Source: Nannocystis bainbridge (lineage in GTDB: Bacteria; Myxococcota_A; Polyangia; Nannocystales; Nannocystaceae). From it: DNA of 64,000 bases. The DNA lies in NCBI RefSeq assembly GCF_028368995.1, contig NZ_JAQNDL010000003.1:2272001-2336000 (forward strand). The letters are read 5' to 3'. A program made the translations under genes and the position numbers. This document shows, piece after piece, positions 9,730-21,958 of this stretch (position 1 is the first letter of the stretch; every line of letters starts with the position of its first letter). The notes under the pieces are model-generated. The model saw only the letters and a program-made list of their open reading frames with translations. It made no database searches and was not told the DNA's origin.

Positions 9730-10926
9730 TCACGTCACCCGCTCGACGCGGAACCGGCACACCGGATCGCCGCAGGCGATGCACGCCTCCTCGACCGCGT
9801 GGAACGCCCCGAACCGCTCGCTCAGCGGGCCCTCGCCGTAGACCAGCGCGAAGATCCCCGCCGCCGCACCCTTGTGCCCGTTGCACTGCGGCGCGGCGGT
9901 CCGGCCGACGTACTCGAGGGCGCCGAGCGCCTCGTAGCCGTTGACCGACTCGACGACCATCCACTGCCCCGGACAGAGCCCGGCGACGTGCCACTGGCCG
10001 TAGCCGAGCGCGTTGCAGAACGTCATGGTCGCGAACAGCACGTCGTCGGGCCCGCGCAGCATCGGCGCCACCAGCCCGTCCCACTCCGGCGAGTGGAGCA
10101 CCCCGTGATACGTGTTGAGCGCGCAGTACTCGGCCTCGGCCGCCAGCAGCCGCTCCGCCGGCGCCCCGCGGCCGACCCGTCGCATCTCCGCCAGGAAGCC
10201 GAGGCACACGCGATTGTAGAAGTCCGCGGGCATGCACGCGAGGTACACCCCGAACGCCGGCACCAGCCCGTCCTCGCCGCCCGCCACCGGCATCGCCGCC
10301 ACCGCCTCGACGATCGCCCGCTCGTCGACCGCCGGCGAGTGCAACCATTCGCCGCCGCGCGCCTGGAACACCAGCGGCCGCTTCACGTTGCGCGCGAGCG
10401 GCTCGGTCCGCCCGCCCGCGACCGCGAACCGACACGCCGGCGCGCCGAGGGCCATGCACTCGACCTCGCGCACCTCGACCAGCTCGCCCGCGACCGCGTG
10501 CACGGCCCCCTGCACGTAGCCCTCGGTGAAGCTGCAGACCCGCCGCTCGGGCCGCCCGAGCCCGGCGAACCAACCCTCGACGAAGTGCGACGCCGGGGCC
10601 AGGACCACGCCCTCGTGCACGCGCGACAGATCGATGCGCCCGAACCCGAGGTGCGCGTACAGCCGCTCGGCCACCGCCCAGCGGTTCGCCAGGCTGTCCC
10701 CCTCGCGCAGCGCCAGCCCGACGTGCTCGGCGAACACCGTCTCGGCGGCGCCGACGATCAGCCGCTTGCCCTCGACGAGGTCGGCCGACTCCACCGTCCG
10801 CTGCAGCCGTGCATTGTAATGGTGGCAATGCAGCAGCACCTCCTTGCCGGCGATCGTTCGCCGACCGCTCGCCGCGTCGTAGCGCAGGGCCAACCGCTCC
10901 GCGAGCGGAGAGATCTCCGAGACCAT
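9730..10926 (-). CDS. Tandem V4R (4-vinyl reductase-like) domain protein
   Basis: Two copies of the ExxCxAxGxxxCrF motif (EVECMALGAPACRF; EEACIACGDPVCRF); LGFGR and LGYGQ; HCHHYN. Confidence 0.8.
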   Translation of the reverse strand: MVSEISPLAERLALRYDAASGRRTIAGKEVLLHCHHYNARLQRTVESADLVEGKRLIVGAAETVFAEHVGLALREGDSLANRWAVAERLYAHLGFGRIDLSRVHEGVVLAPASHFVEGWFAGLGRPERRVCSFTEGYVQGAVHAVAGELVEVREVECMALGAPACRFAVAGGRTEPLARNVKRPLVFQARGGEWLHSPAVDERAIVEAVAAMPVAGGEDGLVPAFGVYLACMPADFYNRVCLGFLAEMRRVGRGAPAERLLAAEAEYCALNTYHGVLHSPEWDGLVAPMLRGPDDVLFATMTFCNALGYGQWHVAGLCPGQWMVVESVNGYEALGALEYVGRTAAPQCNGHKGAAAGIFALVYGEGPLSERFGAFHAVEEACIACGDPVCRFRVERVT

Positions 10927-11007
10927 GGCGCCTCCTGTCTCGCACTATGCCACGGTTGCCCGGGCGTTGCCCTGTCGGCCTGGCCCGCTCGCTCGTACCA
11001 TGAGGGC

Positions 11008-11739
11008 ATGGCTCGTCTGCTCGTCCTCGTCCACGGCGTCGTCGCCTACATCGTCTTCCTCGCCGTCTTCACGTACTTCGTCGGCTTCGTCGCCGACATC
11101 GGCGTGCCGCGGGCGATCGACGACGGCCCGGTGGTCCCGTGGCCGCGCGCGCTGGCGATCGACCTGGCGCTCATCGCCGGCTTCGCGGTGCAACACAGCG
11201 TGATGGCGCGACCGTGGTTCAAGCGCATGTGGACGGTGTTCGTCCCCGAGCCGGCCGAGCGCTCGACCTACGTGCTGCTGGCCGCGCTGCAGCTGGCGCT
11301 GACGATGGGGGCCTGGCACCCGCTGCCGGCCACGCTGTGGCAGCTCGGCGACGGCCGCCTCGCCGGCCTCGTCCACCTGGTCGCCGCGCTCGGCTGGGGG
11401 CTCGTCCTGGTGTCCACCTTCGCCATCGATCACTTCCACCTGTTCGGCCTGCGCCAGGCCGTCTGCCACTGGCTCGGTCGCCCGGCGCGCGAGCCGGAGT
11501 TCCGCGTGCGCGGCCCCTATCGCCTGGTGCGTCACCCGCTCATGCTCGGCTTCTTGCTCGCGTTCTGGGCCGCGCCGACGATGAGCGTCGGTCACCTCGT
11601 GTTCGCGCTGGCGATGACGCTCTACATCTTCGTCGCGCTCGAGCTCGAGGAGCGCGACCTCCGCGCGCAACACGGGGCGCACTACGCCGGCTACTCGACC
11701 AAGATCCCGCGCCTGAACCCCTTCGCGCGCCGCCGCTGA
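11008..11739 (+). CDS. mddA: Methanethiol S-methyltransferase-like membrane methyltransferase (ICMT/PEMT superfamily)
   Basis: FAVQHSVMARPWFK, ERSTYVL, IDHFHLFGLRQ, GPYRLVRHPLMLGFLLAFWAAP, LEERDL. Confidence 0.75.
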   Translation: MARLLVLVHGVVAYIVFLAVFTYFVGFVADIGVPRAIDDGPVVPWPRALAIDLALIAGFAVQHSVMARPWFKRMWTVFVPEPAERSTYVLLAALQLALTMGAWHPLPATLWQLGDGRLAGLVHLVAALGWGLVLVSTFAIDHFHLFGLRQAVCHWLGRPAREPEFRVRGPYRLVRHPLMLGFLLAFWAAPTMSVGHLVFALAMTLYIFVALELEERDLRAQHGAHYAGYSTKIPRLNPFARRR

Positions 11740-11785
11740 ACCCCTTCGCGCGCCGCCGCTGAACCCGTTCGCGCGCCGCCGCTGA
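11713..11785 (+). repeat. Three tandem 23-bp repeats spanning the mddA stop codon
   Basis: ctgaacc(c/g)ttcgcgcgccgccg repeated three times from 11713. Confidence 0.9.
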
Positions 11786-11838
11786 GCCACTTGCGCCGCG
11801 CGCACGCGTGGCCCCAAACTCGCGGCCTGGAGCCTCGC

Positions 11839-13479
<1,641 letters not shown>

Positions 13480-13726
13480 TCCGCTCGCATCCCGCAGCTA
13501 TCATCGTCGAGTGCGCCGGCGTATCGCCGACGGCACTCTCGCCTGCTCGCGGGACGACCTGCGCGGCTTCGTCGTTGCACCGACGCGGACCCCCACTCTG
13601 ATGAATCCGCGCATCCTCGTCGACCGGGCGTCGCGCGGGCCGAGGTCGTGCCGTGAGCGGGGGCATCAGCCCAATGCCCCGTCGGCGGCGCGCCCGGGCC
13701 CGCGCGACGCACGGTCGCGCTGGTGC

Positions 13727-14161
13727 TCACGCGCGGGCGCGGGCCAGCCGCGGGGCCGCCTGCTCGCTGGCGACCGGGCGCGCGTTCGGGTTCAGCACCC
13801 CGGCGAAGCTGTCGCGGTAGGCCCACGCCAGGTACGCCTCGAGCCCGACGATGAACGCCAGCAGCCCGTAACCACCTGGCGCGAGGGCCAGGTGGAACGC
13901 GACGATGTGCACGATCACCGGCGCCAGCAGCACCAGCGCGAACGGCACGAGCCGGCCCGACAGCAGCAGCGCGCCGCCGACCACCTCCGTGCCCTTGATC
14001 AGCGGGAACATGTAGCCGCTGGCGGCCAGCGCCCCGAGGAACTCGCCCGCGCGGGCCGGGACCGGCGGCGTCGGCATGAAGTTGAGGAAGCCGTTGAGGC
14101 CGAACACGAGGAACAGGAGGCCCAGGAGGGTGCGCGCGACGGTCGGGAGCAGGCGGGACAT
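13727..14161 (-). CDS. DoxX-family membrane protein
   Basis: ARTLLGLLFLVFGLNGFLNF...EVVGGALLL...FHL; divergent from a LysR gene. Confidence 0.8.
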   Translation of the reverse strand: MSRLLPTVARTLLGLLFLVFGLNGFLNFMPTPPVPARAGEFLGALAASGYMFPLIKGTEVVGGALLLSGRLVPFALVLLAPVIVHIVAFHLALAPGGYGLLAFIVGLEAYLAWAYRDSFAGVLNPNARPVASEQAAPRLARARA

Positions 14162-14227
14162 GCAGCCGAGCTTAGGCCTTGCGCCGGCCGCTACCAGATG
14201 GGATAGTCACAACTCATCGTTGCTCCC

Positions 14228-15151
14228 ATGACAACAATCGATCCGGTCAAGGTTGCCGCGTTCGTGCGCGTGGTCGAGGCGGAGAGCTTCACCGCCGCCG
14301 CGCAGCTGCTGGGCCTGCCCAAGTCGTCGGTCAGCCGCAGCGTCTCCCGCCTCGAGGAGGACCTCGGCGTGCGGCTGCTGCAGCGTACCACGCGGCGCCT
14401 GCACCTCACCGACGCCGGCAGCGCCTTCTATCAAAAGGCCCGCGGCGCCCTGTCGGCGCTCGAGGAGGCCGCGCTGACCGCCGCCGACCTCGGGCACGAG
14501 CCGCGCGGCACCGTGCGCATCACCGCCCCGGTCGACCTCGGCGAGTTCCTCGCCGAGCCGCTGACCCGGTTCGTGCGCGAGCACCCGCAGATCCAGGTCG
14601 ACCTGGTGCTGACGGCGCGGATCGTCGACATGGTCCGCGAGGGCTTCGACCTGGCCCTTCGGGCATCTCGCCTCAAGGACTCGAGCCTGATCGCGCGCAA
14701 GCTCGGCAGCTTCGCCGACGGCCTTTACGCCGCGCCGGGCTACCTCAAGCGCAGCGGCACGCCGACCAGCCTGGCCGAGCTGGCCCACCACGAGTGCGTG
14801 CTGTTCCGCGCCCGCGGCGGCCGCAGCACCTGGACGCTGCGCGGGCCCAAGGGCGAAGAGCACGTCGAGGTCACCGGCTCGATCAACGTCGACGACCTCT
14901 CCTTCGTCGTCCACGCCGCCGAGGCCGGGGCCGGCGTCGCCTACCTGCCGCACGTGATCGCGGCCCGCTCGGTCGCCGCCAAGCGCCTCGTGCGGGTCCT
15001 GCCCGAGCACTGCTGGACCCACGCCGACCTGTCGCTGGTCCTGCCCTCGGGCCGCCATGTCCCCACGCGCGTGGCCCTGCTGCGCGATTTCCTGGCCGAG
15101 TCGCTCAAGGCGACGCTCGGCGCCCACCGCCACACCAAGCCGTCGGCGTGA
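14228..15151 (+). CDS. LysR-family transcriptional regulator
   Basis: FVRVVEAESFTAAA...KSSVSRSVSRLEEDLGVRLLQRTTRRLHLTDAG; REGFDLALR. Confidence 0.95.
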   Translation: MTTIDPVKVAAFVRVVEAESFTAAAQLLGLPKSSVSRSVSRLEEDLGVRLLQRTTRRLHLTDAGSAFYQKARGALSALEEAALTAADLGHEPRGTVRITAPVDLGEFLAEPLTRFVREHPQIQVDLVLTARIVDMVREGFDLALRASRLKDSSLIARKLGSFADGLYAAPGYLKRSGTPTSLAELAHHECVLFRARGGRSTWTLRGPKGEEHVEVTGSINVDDLSFVVHAAEAGAGVAYLPHVIAARSVAAKRLVRVLPEHCWTHADLSLVLPSGRHVPTRVALLRDFLAESLKATLGAHRHTKPSA

Positions 15152-15165
15152 CGCGGAGCAAGACC

Positions 15166-16551
15166 ATGCGATGGGTGAGGCTCGGCCTGGCGACGCTCGC
15201 CACCGGTTGTTTTTATCACCCGACGGGCACCCCGGCCGCGGAGACGACTTCGACCACGACGTCGCCGACCACGGCCGTCGAGCCCGGCTCGTGCGGTGAT
15301 TTCGTCAAGGACGACGGCGAGGCGTGCGACGGCGGGCCGGCCGGCGACGGCGTGTGCACGCCGTCCTGCACGTACGACGTGTGCGGCGACGGTTACGTCG
15401 GCAAGGGCGAGGGCTGCGACGGCGGCGAGAATTGCGTCGACTGCGAGCTTGTCACCTGCGGCGACGGCATCATCGACCCGGGCGAGGCGTGCGACGACGG
15501 CGACGCCGACGACACCGACGATTGCCTCGCCACCTGCAAGAGCGCCGGCTGCGGCGACGGCTTCGTGCACGCCGGCGCCGAGCAGTGCGACGACGGCAAC
15601 GACCTCGACACCGACGCCTGCGTCACCGGTTGCAAGCAGGCGACCTGCGGCGACGGCTTCGTGCTCGAGGGCAGCGAGTTCTGCGACGACGGCAACGACC
15701 TCGACGACGACGACTGCCCCAACAGCTGCGCTGCGCCCGGGTGCGGCGACGGCGTCGTCTCGCCGGGCGAGGCGTGCGACGACGGCAACACCGACGAGAC
15801 CGACGCCTGCCTCAACACCTGCGGGCCCAACGTGTGCGGCGACGGCAAGCTGCACATGGGCGTCGAGGCGTGCGACGACGGCAACCTCGACCCGTTCGAC
15901 GCCTGCCGCGAGGACTGCACCTTCAACATCTGCGGCGACGGCTACCTCGACCCCGAGAGCGAGCTCTGCGACCACGGCCCGCGCAACGGCGACGACCCCG
16001 CCAAGGCCACGTGCCGCACCAATTGCACGCGCAGCGGCTTCCTCGTGTTCGTCAGCTCGCAGCTGCTCGCCCCGGGGGCCGACTTCGAAGCGATCTCCGG
16101 CGGCGACGAGCGCTGCGGCGAGCTGGCGGCCGCGGGCGAGCTCGACATCCGCGGCGGCCGGTGGAAGGCGTGGCTCGGCGACGGCAGCGTCGGCCCCGTC
16201 GAAAACTTTCACAAGAGCGCGATCCCCTATTACACCCTGCACGGCGGCGCGACCGCCAAGGTCGCCGACAACTGGAGCGACCTGGCCGACGGCACCCTCG
16301 ACAACCCGATCGACGTCACCGACCTCGATCAGCAGTTCGCCGCGGGCGTCGCCTGCGACCAATTGCGCGCGGTCTGGACCGGCGTCCGCAGCAACAACAC
16401 CTACGGGGGCAACTGCGCGAAGTGGAGCTGGAACGGCCCGGCCGTCCAGGCCCTCACCGGCGACCTGACCCGCAAGGACGCCGCCTGGACCGAAGCCTGC
16501 TCGCTCGGCTGCACCGAGACGGCGCGCCTCTATTGCTTCGAGCAGCCGTGA
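15166..16551 (+). CDS. Lipoprotein with myxococcal Cys-rich repeats (DUF4215-like) and C-terminal lectin-like/DUF1554-like domain
   Basis: Lipobox-like LATGC; about eight CGDG...EXCDDGN repeats; C-terminal VFVSS...KAWL...VWTG...LYCFEQ. Confidence 0.85.
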   Translation: MRWVRLGLATLATGCFYHPTGTPAAETTSTTTSPTTAVEPGSCGDFVKDDGEACDGGPAGDGVCTPSCTYDVCGDGYVGKGEGCDGGENCVDCELVTCGDGIIDPGEACDDGDADDTDDCLATCKSAGCGDGFVHAGAEQCDDGNDLDTDACVTGCKQATCGDGFVLEGSEFCDDGNDLDDDDCPNSCAAPGCGDGVVSPGEACDDGNTDETDACLNTCGPNVCGDGKLHMGVEACDDGNLDPFDACREDCTFNICGDGYLDPESELCDHGPRNGDDPAKATCRTNCTRSGFLVFVSSQLLAPGADFEAISGGDERCGELAAAGELDIRGGRWKAWLGDGSVGPVENFHKSAIPYYTLHGGATAKVADNWSDLADGTLDNPIDVTDLDQQFAAGVACDQLRAVWTGVRSNNTYGGNCAKWSWNGPAVQALTGDLTRKDAAWTEACSLGCTETARLYCFEQP

Positions 16552-16609
16552 GGCGGCGCCGTCGATCGGCGCGATGCACCTCGCGCGCGCGAGAGCCTGG
16601 GACGGACGG

Positions 16610-17746
16610 TCACTTCCGCGACCCGGCCATCGCGCGGATGCAGTGCGCGAGCGCCTCGCGGAGCGTCGCGCGGACGGTCAGCCCTGTCGTCTCGAGGCCG
16701 AGGTCCACGATCGTCTGGGCGATGTTCGGGTGGATGCCGGTGACCACGCTCTCGGAGCCGAGCAGGCGGACTGCGCCGACCAGGTCGAGGAGGTGGCCCG
16801 CGGTGCCGGTGTCGACCTCCTCGACGCCCGTGAGGTCGAGGATGGCGAAGCGGGCGCGGGTCTTGGTCACCGCCTGCAGCAGGTTGTCCATCAGCTCGGA
16901 CGCGCGGTTGCTGTCGATCGCGCCGATGATCGGCACAGTCAGCACCCGGTCCCACACCTCGATGATCGGCGTCGAAAGCTGCCGGATCATCTGTTGTTGC
17001 TGCTCGATCTGCAGCAGCTTCTCCCGCAGCGCCTTCTCGCCCTCGCGCTGCTCCGTCACGTTGAGCGACAGCGCCACGATCAGCTCGATCGCCCCGTCGT
17101 CGCCGCGCACCGGGATCATCCAATTTTCGAAGCTCGCCCCGTGCACCTCGGTCGAGGTGTGTTGCAGCGCCCCGTCCAGGGCGGCGTCGAGCGGCTCCGG
17201 CTCGAGGTTCTTGTAGAGCTCGCGGATGTTGCGCCCGACCAGGGCGTGCTGGGGCATGCCGATGCTCTCGAGCCCCTTGCCCCGGTGGTATGTACATAGC
17301 CCGTCGTGCTGCATCGTCCACACGATGATGTTCATGTTCTCGATGATCGCCCGCAGCATCGCCCCCTCGAGGCGGAGCGTCGTGTCGCGGGTGAACCGCT
17401 CGCTGATGTCCTGGCCGTAGCAGGCGGCGGAGACCACCGCGCCGGCGGCGTCGCGCTCGAGCTGGCAGGTCCATTCGCAATGGACCTGAACCCCGTCCTT
17501 GCGCGTGTGCGTGGCCGTCTGCGGGCCGTCCTCGGCGAGGCTGGCCCAGAAGTCGCCCTCGGTCGGCAGCAGCTGCTCGATCGCGGCCCCGAGCGCCTCG
17601 GCGGCCGGCACCGCGAACACCCGGGCGGCGGCGCCGTTCCACACAGTGATCCGCCGCTGGGCGTCGAGCTCGACGGCGATGAACGGCGCACCACGCAGAA
17701 GTCGGGCCTCCCGCGCCTCGGCGGCGGGATCGGAGGAGCTTGCCAT
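16610..17746 (-). CDS. PAS-PAS-STAS (RsbR-like) protein, third paralog
   Basis: WNGAAARVF; IRQLSTPIIEVWDRVLTVPIIG...LDLTGVEEVDT; ATG at 17746 chosen. Confidence 0.9.
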   Translation of the reverse strand: MASSSDPAAEAREARLLRGAPFIAVELDAQRRITVWNGAAARVFAVPAAEALGAAIEQLLPTEGDFWASLAEDGPQTATHTRKDGVQVHCEWTCQLERDAAGAVVSAACYGQDISERFTRDTTLRLEGAMLRAIIENMNIIVWTMQHDGLCTYHRGKGLESIGMPQHALVGRNIRELYKNLEPEPLDAALDGALQHTSTEVHGASFENWMIPVRGDDGAIELIVALSLNVTEQREGEKALREKLLQIEQQQQMIRQLSTPIIEVWDRVLTVPIIGAIDSNRASELMDNLLQAVTKTRARFAILDLTGVEEVDTGTAGHLLDLVGAVRLLGSESVVTGIHPNIAQTIVDLGLETTGLTVRATLREALAHCIRAMAGSRK

Positions 17747-17997
17747 TTCATGAGTCAAACACACGCGCGCGCCAACTGTCCACGCGCAAACCATGTGCGG
17801 ACGCCGTCCCGCGCGCCGAGCGAGCGGCCAGATCCGCGCGTCCTGGCGCGAGTGCGGGGTGCAATCATACGACCTGGAATGCGCGCACCGCCCGCCGCCT
17901 ATGTACATTCCCCCATCGCCCGCCGCCTGACGGTCTAATATAAAGAGCGCGCGGTCCGGGGACCGCGCGCTCACGATATCGCCGAAGTCGGCTTCGC

Positions 17998-19548
17998 CTA
18001 CTCGGTGGGCCGCTTGGTCGGCTGCGCGTCCGCGTCGAGCACGACCACGCCGCCGCCGCCGAACAGCTTCTCGGTGGCGATCGCGTCGAGGTCGCCGAGC
18101 ACCTTGCTCGCGTCACCGACGACCAGGACCACGAAGTCCTTGGCGCGCAGGTGCTTCTCGGCCGCCTTGCGGACCGCGGCGATGTCGACCGCGCGCAGGC
18201 GCTTTTGGTAGCCGTCGTACCAGTCGAGCGGCAGGCCGAAGAACTTCAGCTGGCGGAACGCCACCAGCGTCGAGGTCGGCGTGTCGAACTCGGCCGGCAG
18301 CGCCAGCAGGGCGCCTTCTTGCACGCGGAACAGCTCGTCCGCCTTGGCGTCGCTGGTGCGCATCGTAGCGAGCTCCTTGGCGATCTCGCGCAGCGACGGG
18401 CCGGTCGCGTCGGTGCGGACCTGGCTGCTGGCGGCGAACGTGCTGCCGGCGCGGCGATAGCCGAAGCCGGCGCGGCCGCCGTAGGTGTAGCCCTTGTCCT
18501 CGCGCAGGTTCATGTTGATCCGGCTGGAGAACGAGCCGCCGAGGATCTCCGCCATCATGTCGGTCGCCTCGTAGTCGGTCGCGTTGCGCTTGGGCCCCGC
18601 GTGGCCGACGTACACCGACGACTGCGGCGCGTCCTTGACGTGGACGAAGAACACCGAGCCGAGCCGCGGCTTGGCGGCCGCGACGGCGGTCTTGGCCGGC
18701 GCCTTGCCCTTCCACTCCGGCATGCGCGACGCCAGCTCTTGCTTGATCTCGTCCTGGGAGATCTGGCCGACCACCCACAGGCGAGCGCCGCCGGGCTTCA
18801 GCTTGCCGACGACCTTGGCGCAGTCCTTGAGCTGGACCGCGTCGATCGTCTTGTCGGTCTCGAGCCGGCCGTACGGGTGATCGGCGCCCCACAGCAGCGG
18901 CGAGATCACGCGGCCGGCGATCGAGCCCGGGTTGCCCTTGGCCTGCGCGATCGAGGCCTTGCGGCGGTCCTTGAGCCGCTGGAAGTCGGCCTCGCGCATG
19001 CCCGGGTCGCGCAGCATCTCGGCCAGCAGGTCGAGCGCGGCCGGCAGCTCGCGCTTGAGCGAGCGGACGTTGAGGTTCGACGTGTCGGAGCCGGCGCCGG
19101 CGCTGACGCTGACCGCGTGGTCGGCCTGCTTCTCCTCCCACGCGACCTTGTCGAGGTTCTTGGTGCCCTCGTCGAGCAGGTCGAGGCAGATCGAGTGCAG
19201 GCCGATCTGGTTCTTGGGGTCGCTGACGCTGCCGAAATCGAACTCGAAGTTCATGTACACCGTCGGCAGCTTGTCGTTGCGGACGAGGTAGACCTCGAGG
19301 CCGTTGTCGAGCTTGAAGGTCTCGACCTGCGGCAGCTTGAGCTCGGCGACCTGGCCCGGGGTCGGGCGGGTGGCGCGGTACGGCTCGTCGGGCCAGTCGG
19401 CCGGCGGCGGCGCGGCCTCGGTCTGGGACGGCGCGGTCGCTACCGGCGTCGTCGGCTGCTCGGCGGGCGGCTGGCTGGCGGGCTGGGGTTTGCACGCGGC
19501 GACGGCGGCCGACAGTGCGAGGAGGCTCAGCGTAATCGTGGTCTTCAT
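17998..19548 (-). CDS. M16 peptidase, non-catalytic subunit (lipoprotein)
   Basis: Lipobox VAAC; LDNGLEVY; ILGGSFSSRINMNLREDKGYTYG; no HXXEH. Confidence 0.9.
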   Translation of the reverse strand: MKTTITLSLLALSAAVAACKPQPASQPPAEQPTTPVATAPSQTEAAPPPADWPDEPYRATRPTPGQVAELKLPQVETFKLDNGLEVYLVRNDKLPTVYMNFEFDFGSVSDPKNQIGLHSICLDLLDEGTKNLDKVAWEEKQADHAVSVSAGAGSDTSNLNVRSLKRELPAALDLLAEMLRDPGMREADFQRLKDRRKASIAQAKGNPGSIAGRVISPLLWGADHPYGRLETDKTIDAVQLKDCAKVVGKLKPGGARLWVVGQISQDEIKQELASRMPEWKGKAPAKTAVAAAKPRLGSVFFVHVKDAPQSSVYVGHAGPKRNATDYEATDMMAEILGGSFSSRINMNLREDKGYTYGGRAGFGYRRAGSTFAASSQVRTDATGPSLREIAKELATMRTSDAKADELFRVQEGALLALPAEFDTPTSTLVAFRQLKFFGLPLDWYDGYQKRLRAVDIAAVRKAAEKHLRAKDFVVLVVGDASKVLGDLDAIATEKLFGGGGVVVLDADAQPTKRPTE

Positions 19549-19549
19549 G

Positions 19550-21109
19550 TCAGCCCTCCTTCGCGGCGGCGGCGGCGTCCGCCGGCTTGTCCGTGGCTGC
19601 GGGCTTCTTCGGCTTCGGCGCCGGCTTGGCCCCCGCGTCGGCCCCGGCGGCGTCCGGCTTGGCGGCGGCCGGCTTCTTCGCGGCTGTCCCTTCGGACTTG
19701 ACCGAAGCGCCAGGTCCCTTCGGACCTGTCCCTTCGGGCGGGCCCGCGGCCGGCGCGGCCGGCTTCGAAAGGATCTCCGCGTGCGGCTTGACCAGCCACT
19801 GGTTCGCCACCTCGCGCACCCGCTGCGGCGTGACCGCGCGCAGCCGCTGCAGGTAGGTGTTGGCGTAGCCGGGGTCGCGGGCGTAGTGGTTGAAGTACTG
19901 CAGCCGCTCGACGCGGCCCATCACGTCCTCGAGGCCCCACACGAACGCCGACTCGGTGCCGATGACGACGCGCTTGAGCTCGGCGTCGCTGACCGGCTCG
20001 CGGAGGACCCGCTCGAGCTCGCGGCGGATCGTCAGCTCGGCCTTGACCGGGTCCTGGCCCGGCTTGAGGTCGACGATCACGTGGAACGTGCCGGAGTGCC
20101 CGGCGCCGCCCTGGTAGGCCGACACCGACTGGGCGCTCTTGTCCTCGAGCACCAGCGCCTTGTAGAGGCGACCCCAGCCGGGCGAGCCGAGCACGTCGGC
20201 CAGCACCTCGAGCTCGATGTCACCGCCGCCGAGGCGGGGCGGGCTGTGCCACGCGTAGTGGATGCGGTACAGGCGGGCGAACGGGTCGTCGAGCTCGCGG
20301 CGGACCGTCTGCGTCAGCGCCGGCGCGGCGACCTTCGGGTGGGCCGGCACCGGCAGCGTCGGGAAGCTGCCGAACCACTTCTGGACCAGCGCCTTGGCCT
20401 GCTCCGGCTCGAAGTCGCCGGCGATCGTCAGGGTCGCGTTGCTCGGCACGTACCACTTGCGGAAGAAGCCCTGCACGTCGGCGACGCTGGCGGCCTCGAG
20501 GTCCTCGTGGCGACCGATCGTCAGATAGCGGTACGGGTGGCCTTCGGGGTACAGCGCCTCGGCGACGGCGAACCGCTCGCGGCCGTAGGGCACGTTGTCG
20601 TAGCGCTGGCGCCGCTCGTTGCGGACCACGTCGCGCTGGTTGGCCAGGCTCTTCTCGTCGAGCAGGTCGAGCATGTAGCCCATGCGATCCGACTCGAGCC
20701 ACAGCGCCGTCTCGAGCTGGTGGCTGGGCACCACCTCGAAGTAATTGGTGCGATCCGAATTGGTGGTACCGTTGATTCCGGTGCCGCCGATCTCCTGCAG
20801 GATCTTGAAGTGCACGTCGTTGCCGATGTGCTTGGCGCCCTGGAACATCATGTGTTCGAACAGGTGGGCAAAGCCGCTCTTGCCGGGCGTCTCGTCGCCG
20901 CTGCCGACGTGGTACCAGAGATTGGCGACCACCAGCGGCGCAGCGGAGTCGCGGTGCAAGATCACCTCGAGGCCGTTGGGCAGGACGTAGCGTTCATAGG
21001 GGATGTCGACCCCTGGCGAATCCGCGGCGGGCTTCGCAGGCGCCGCCTGGACGGGGGCCGCAGCCGCAAGAAGCAGCGCGAGCGGCAAGAGCAGGTGCCG
21101 TGTGGCCAT
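19550..21109 (-). CDS. M16 zinc peptidase, catalytic subunit
   Basis: LPNGLEVIL, WYHVGS, GFAHLFEHMMFQG (HXXEH), LWLESDRMG. Confidence 0.95.
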   Translation of the reverse strand: MATRHLLLPLALLLAAAAPVQAAPAKPAADSPGVDIPYERYVLPNGLEVILHRDSAAPLVVANLWYHVGSGDETPGKSGFAHLFEHMMFQGAKHIGNDVHFKILQEIGGTGINGTTNSDRTNYFEVVPSHQLETALWLESDRMGYMLDLLDEKSLANQRDVVRNERRQRYDNVPYGRERFAVAEALYPEGHPYRYLTIGRHEDLEAASVADVQGFFRKWYVPSNATLTIAGDFEPEQAKALVQKWFGSFPTLPVPAHPKVAAPALTQTVRRELDDPFARLYRIHYAWHSPPRLGGGDIELEVLADVLGSPGWGRLYKALVLEDKSAQSVSAYQGGAGHSGTFHVIVDLKPGQDPVKAELTIRRELERVLREPVSDAELKRVVIGTESAFVWGLEDVMGRVERLQYFNHYARDPGYANTYLQRLRAVTPQRVREVANQWLVKPHAEILSKPAAPAAGPPEGTGPKGPGASVKSEGTAAKKPAAAKPDAAGADAGAKPAPKPKKPAATDKPADAAAAAKEG

Positions 21110-21342
21110 TTTTTCTCCTCATAAGCCTTTTCGCGCATCGCCCGGCCGACCGCAAGAGCAAACGCGGCTCACGGGCGGCGCGGCCGCGGCGACCTTCCTC
21201 GCGCCGGGCCGGCGAAACCACCGTGACGCCGGCGCTGCGGCAGCGGCCGATCTCGTGCCAGGCGCGGCGCCTCGCCAATCGTACGTTGTTACGCTCGCGG
21301 GTCGGACTCGGGCCGCCGGTCCGCGCGTAGTGGCTTTCCGAC

Positions 21343-21921
21343 ATGCGCCGTCGTCCCTTGCTCGCCGCAGCCTGCAGCTTCTTGGTCCCGACCCGCGCGC
21401 TGGCGCGGCCGCCCGCGGTCGACGTCGCGGCCAGCAACGCCGAGCTGTTCGCGCGCCTTCGCGCCCCCGGCGCCCCGCTGCGGGACTGGCAGTGGATCGT
21501 CGTGCATCACACCGCGGCCGAGTGGGCGACGCTCGAGGGCATCGACCGCTACCACCGCAAGCGCTTCGGCGACCCGCTCGGCGCCGAGTATCACTTCGTG
21601 ATCCACAACGGCAAGAAGCGGCCCGCGGGGCTCGTCGAGGCCGCGCGCTGGCGCTACCAGGAGCCCGCCGCCCACCTCTTCAAGCCCGAGAACGCCCCCG
21701 CCTCGATCGCCGTGTGCCTGATCGGCAACTTCGAGGAGCGGCCGCTGCCCGCGCCCATGCTCGGCGCCCTCGTCGACCTCACCGTCGCCCTCATGCGCGA
21801 CTGCTCCATCCCCGCAGAGCGCGTCAGCACCCACCGCGTCGTCGACGACAAGCTGACCCAGTGCCCTGGCAAGCAGTTCCCGCGGGCCGAGTATTTGCGG
21901 CGGATCGGCGCAGGGACATGA
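21343..21921 (+). CDS. N-acetylmuramoyl-L-alanine amidase (Amidase_2/PGRP-like)
   Basis: IVVHHTA, YHFVI, AH, SIAVCLIGNF, HR...TQCPG. Confidence 0.85.
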   Translation: MRRRPLLAAACSFLVPTRALARPPAVDVAASNAELFARLRAPGAPLRDWQWIVVHHTAAEWATLEGIDRYHRKRFGDPLGAEYHFVIHNGKKRPAGLVEAARWRYQEPAAHLFKPENAPASIAVCLIGNFEERPLPAPMLGALVDLTVALMRDCSIPAERVSTHRVVDDKLTQCPGKQFPRAEYLRRIGAGT

Positions 21922-21958
21922 CCCTTCGGACAGGTCACCGTCGAGCCGCGTTCGCCCC

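Noticed and set aside
17998-19548. Inactivated peptidase pseudogene
   Set aside because: Lack of HXXEH is normal for the second subunit of M16B heterodimers.
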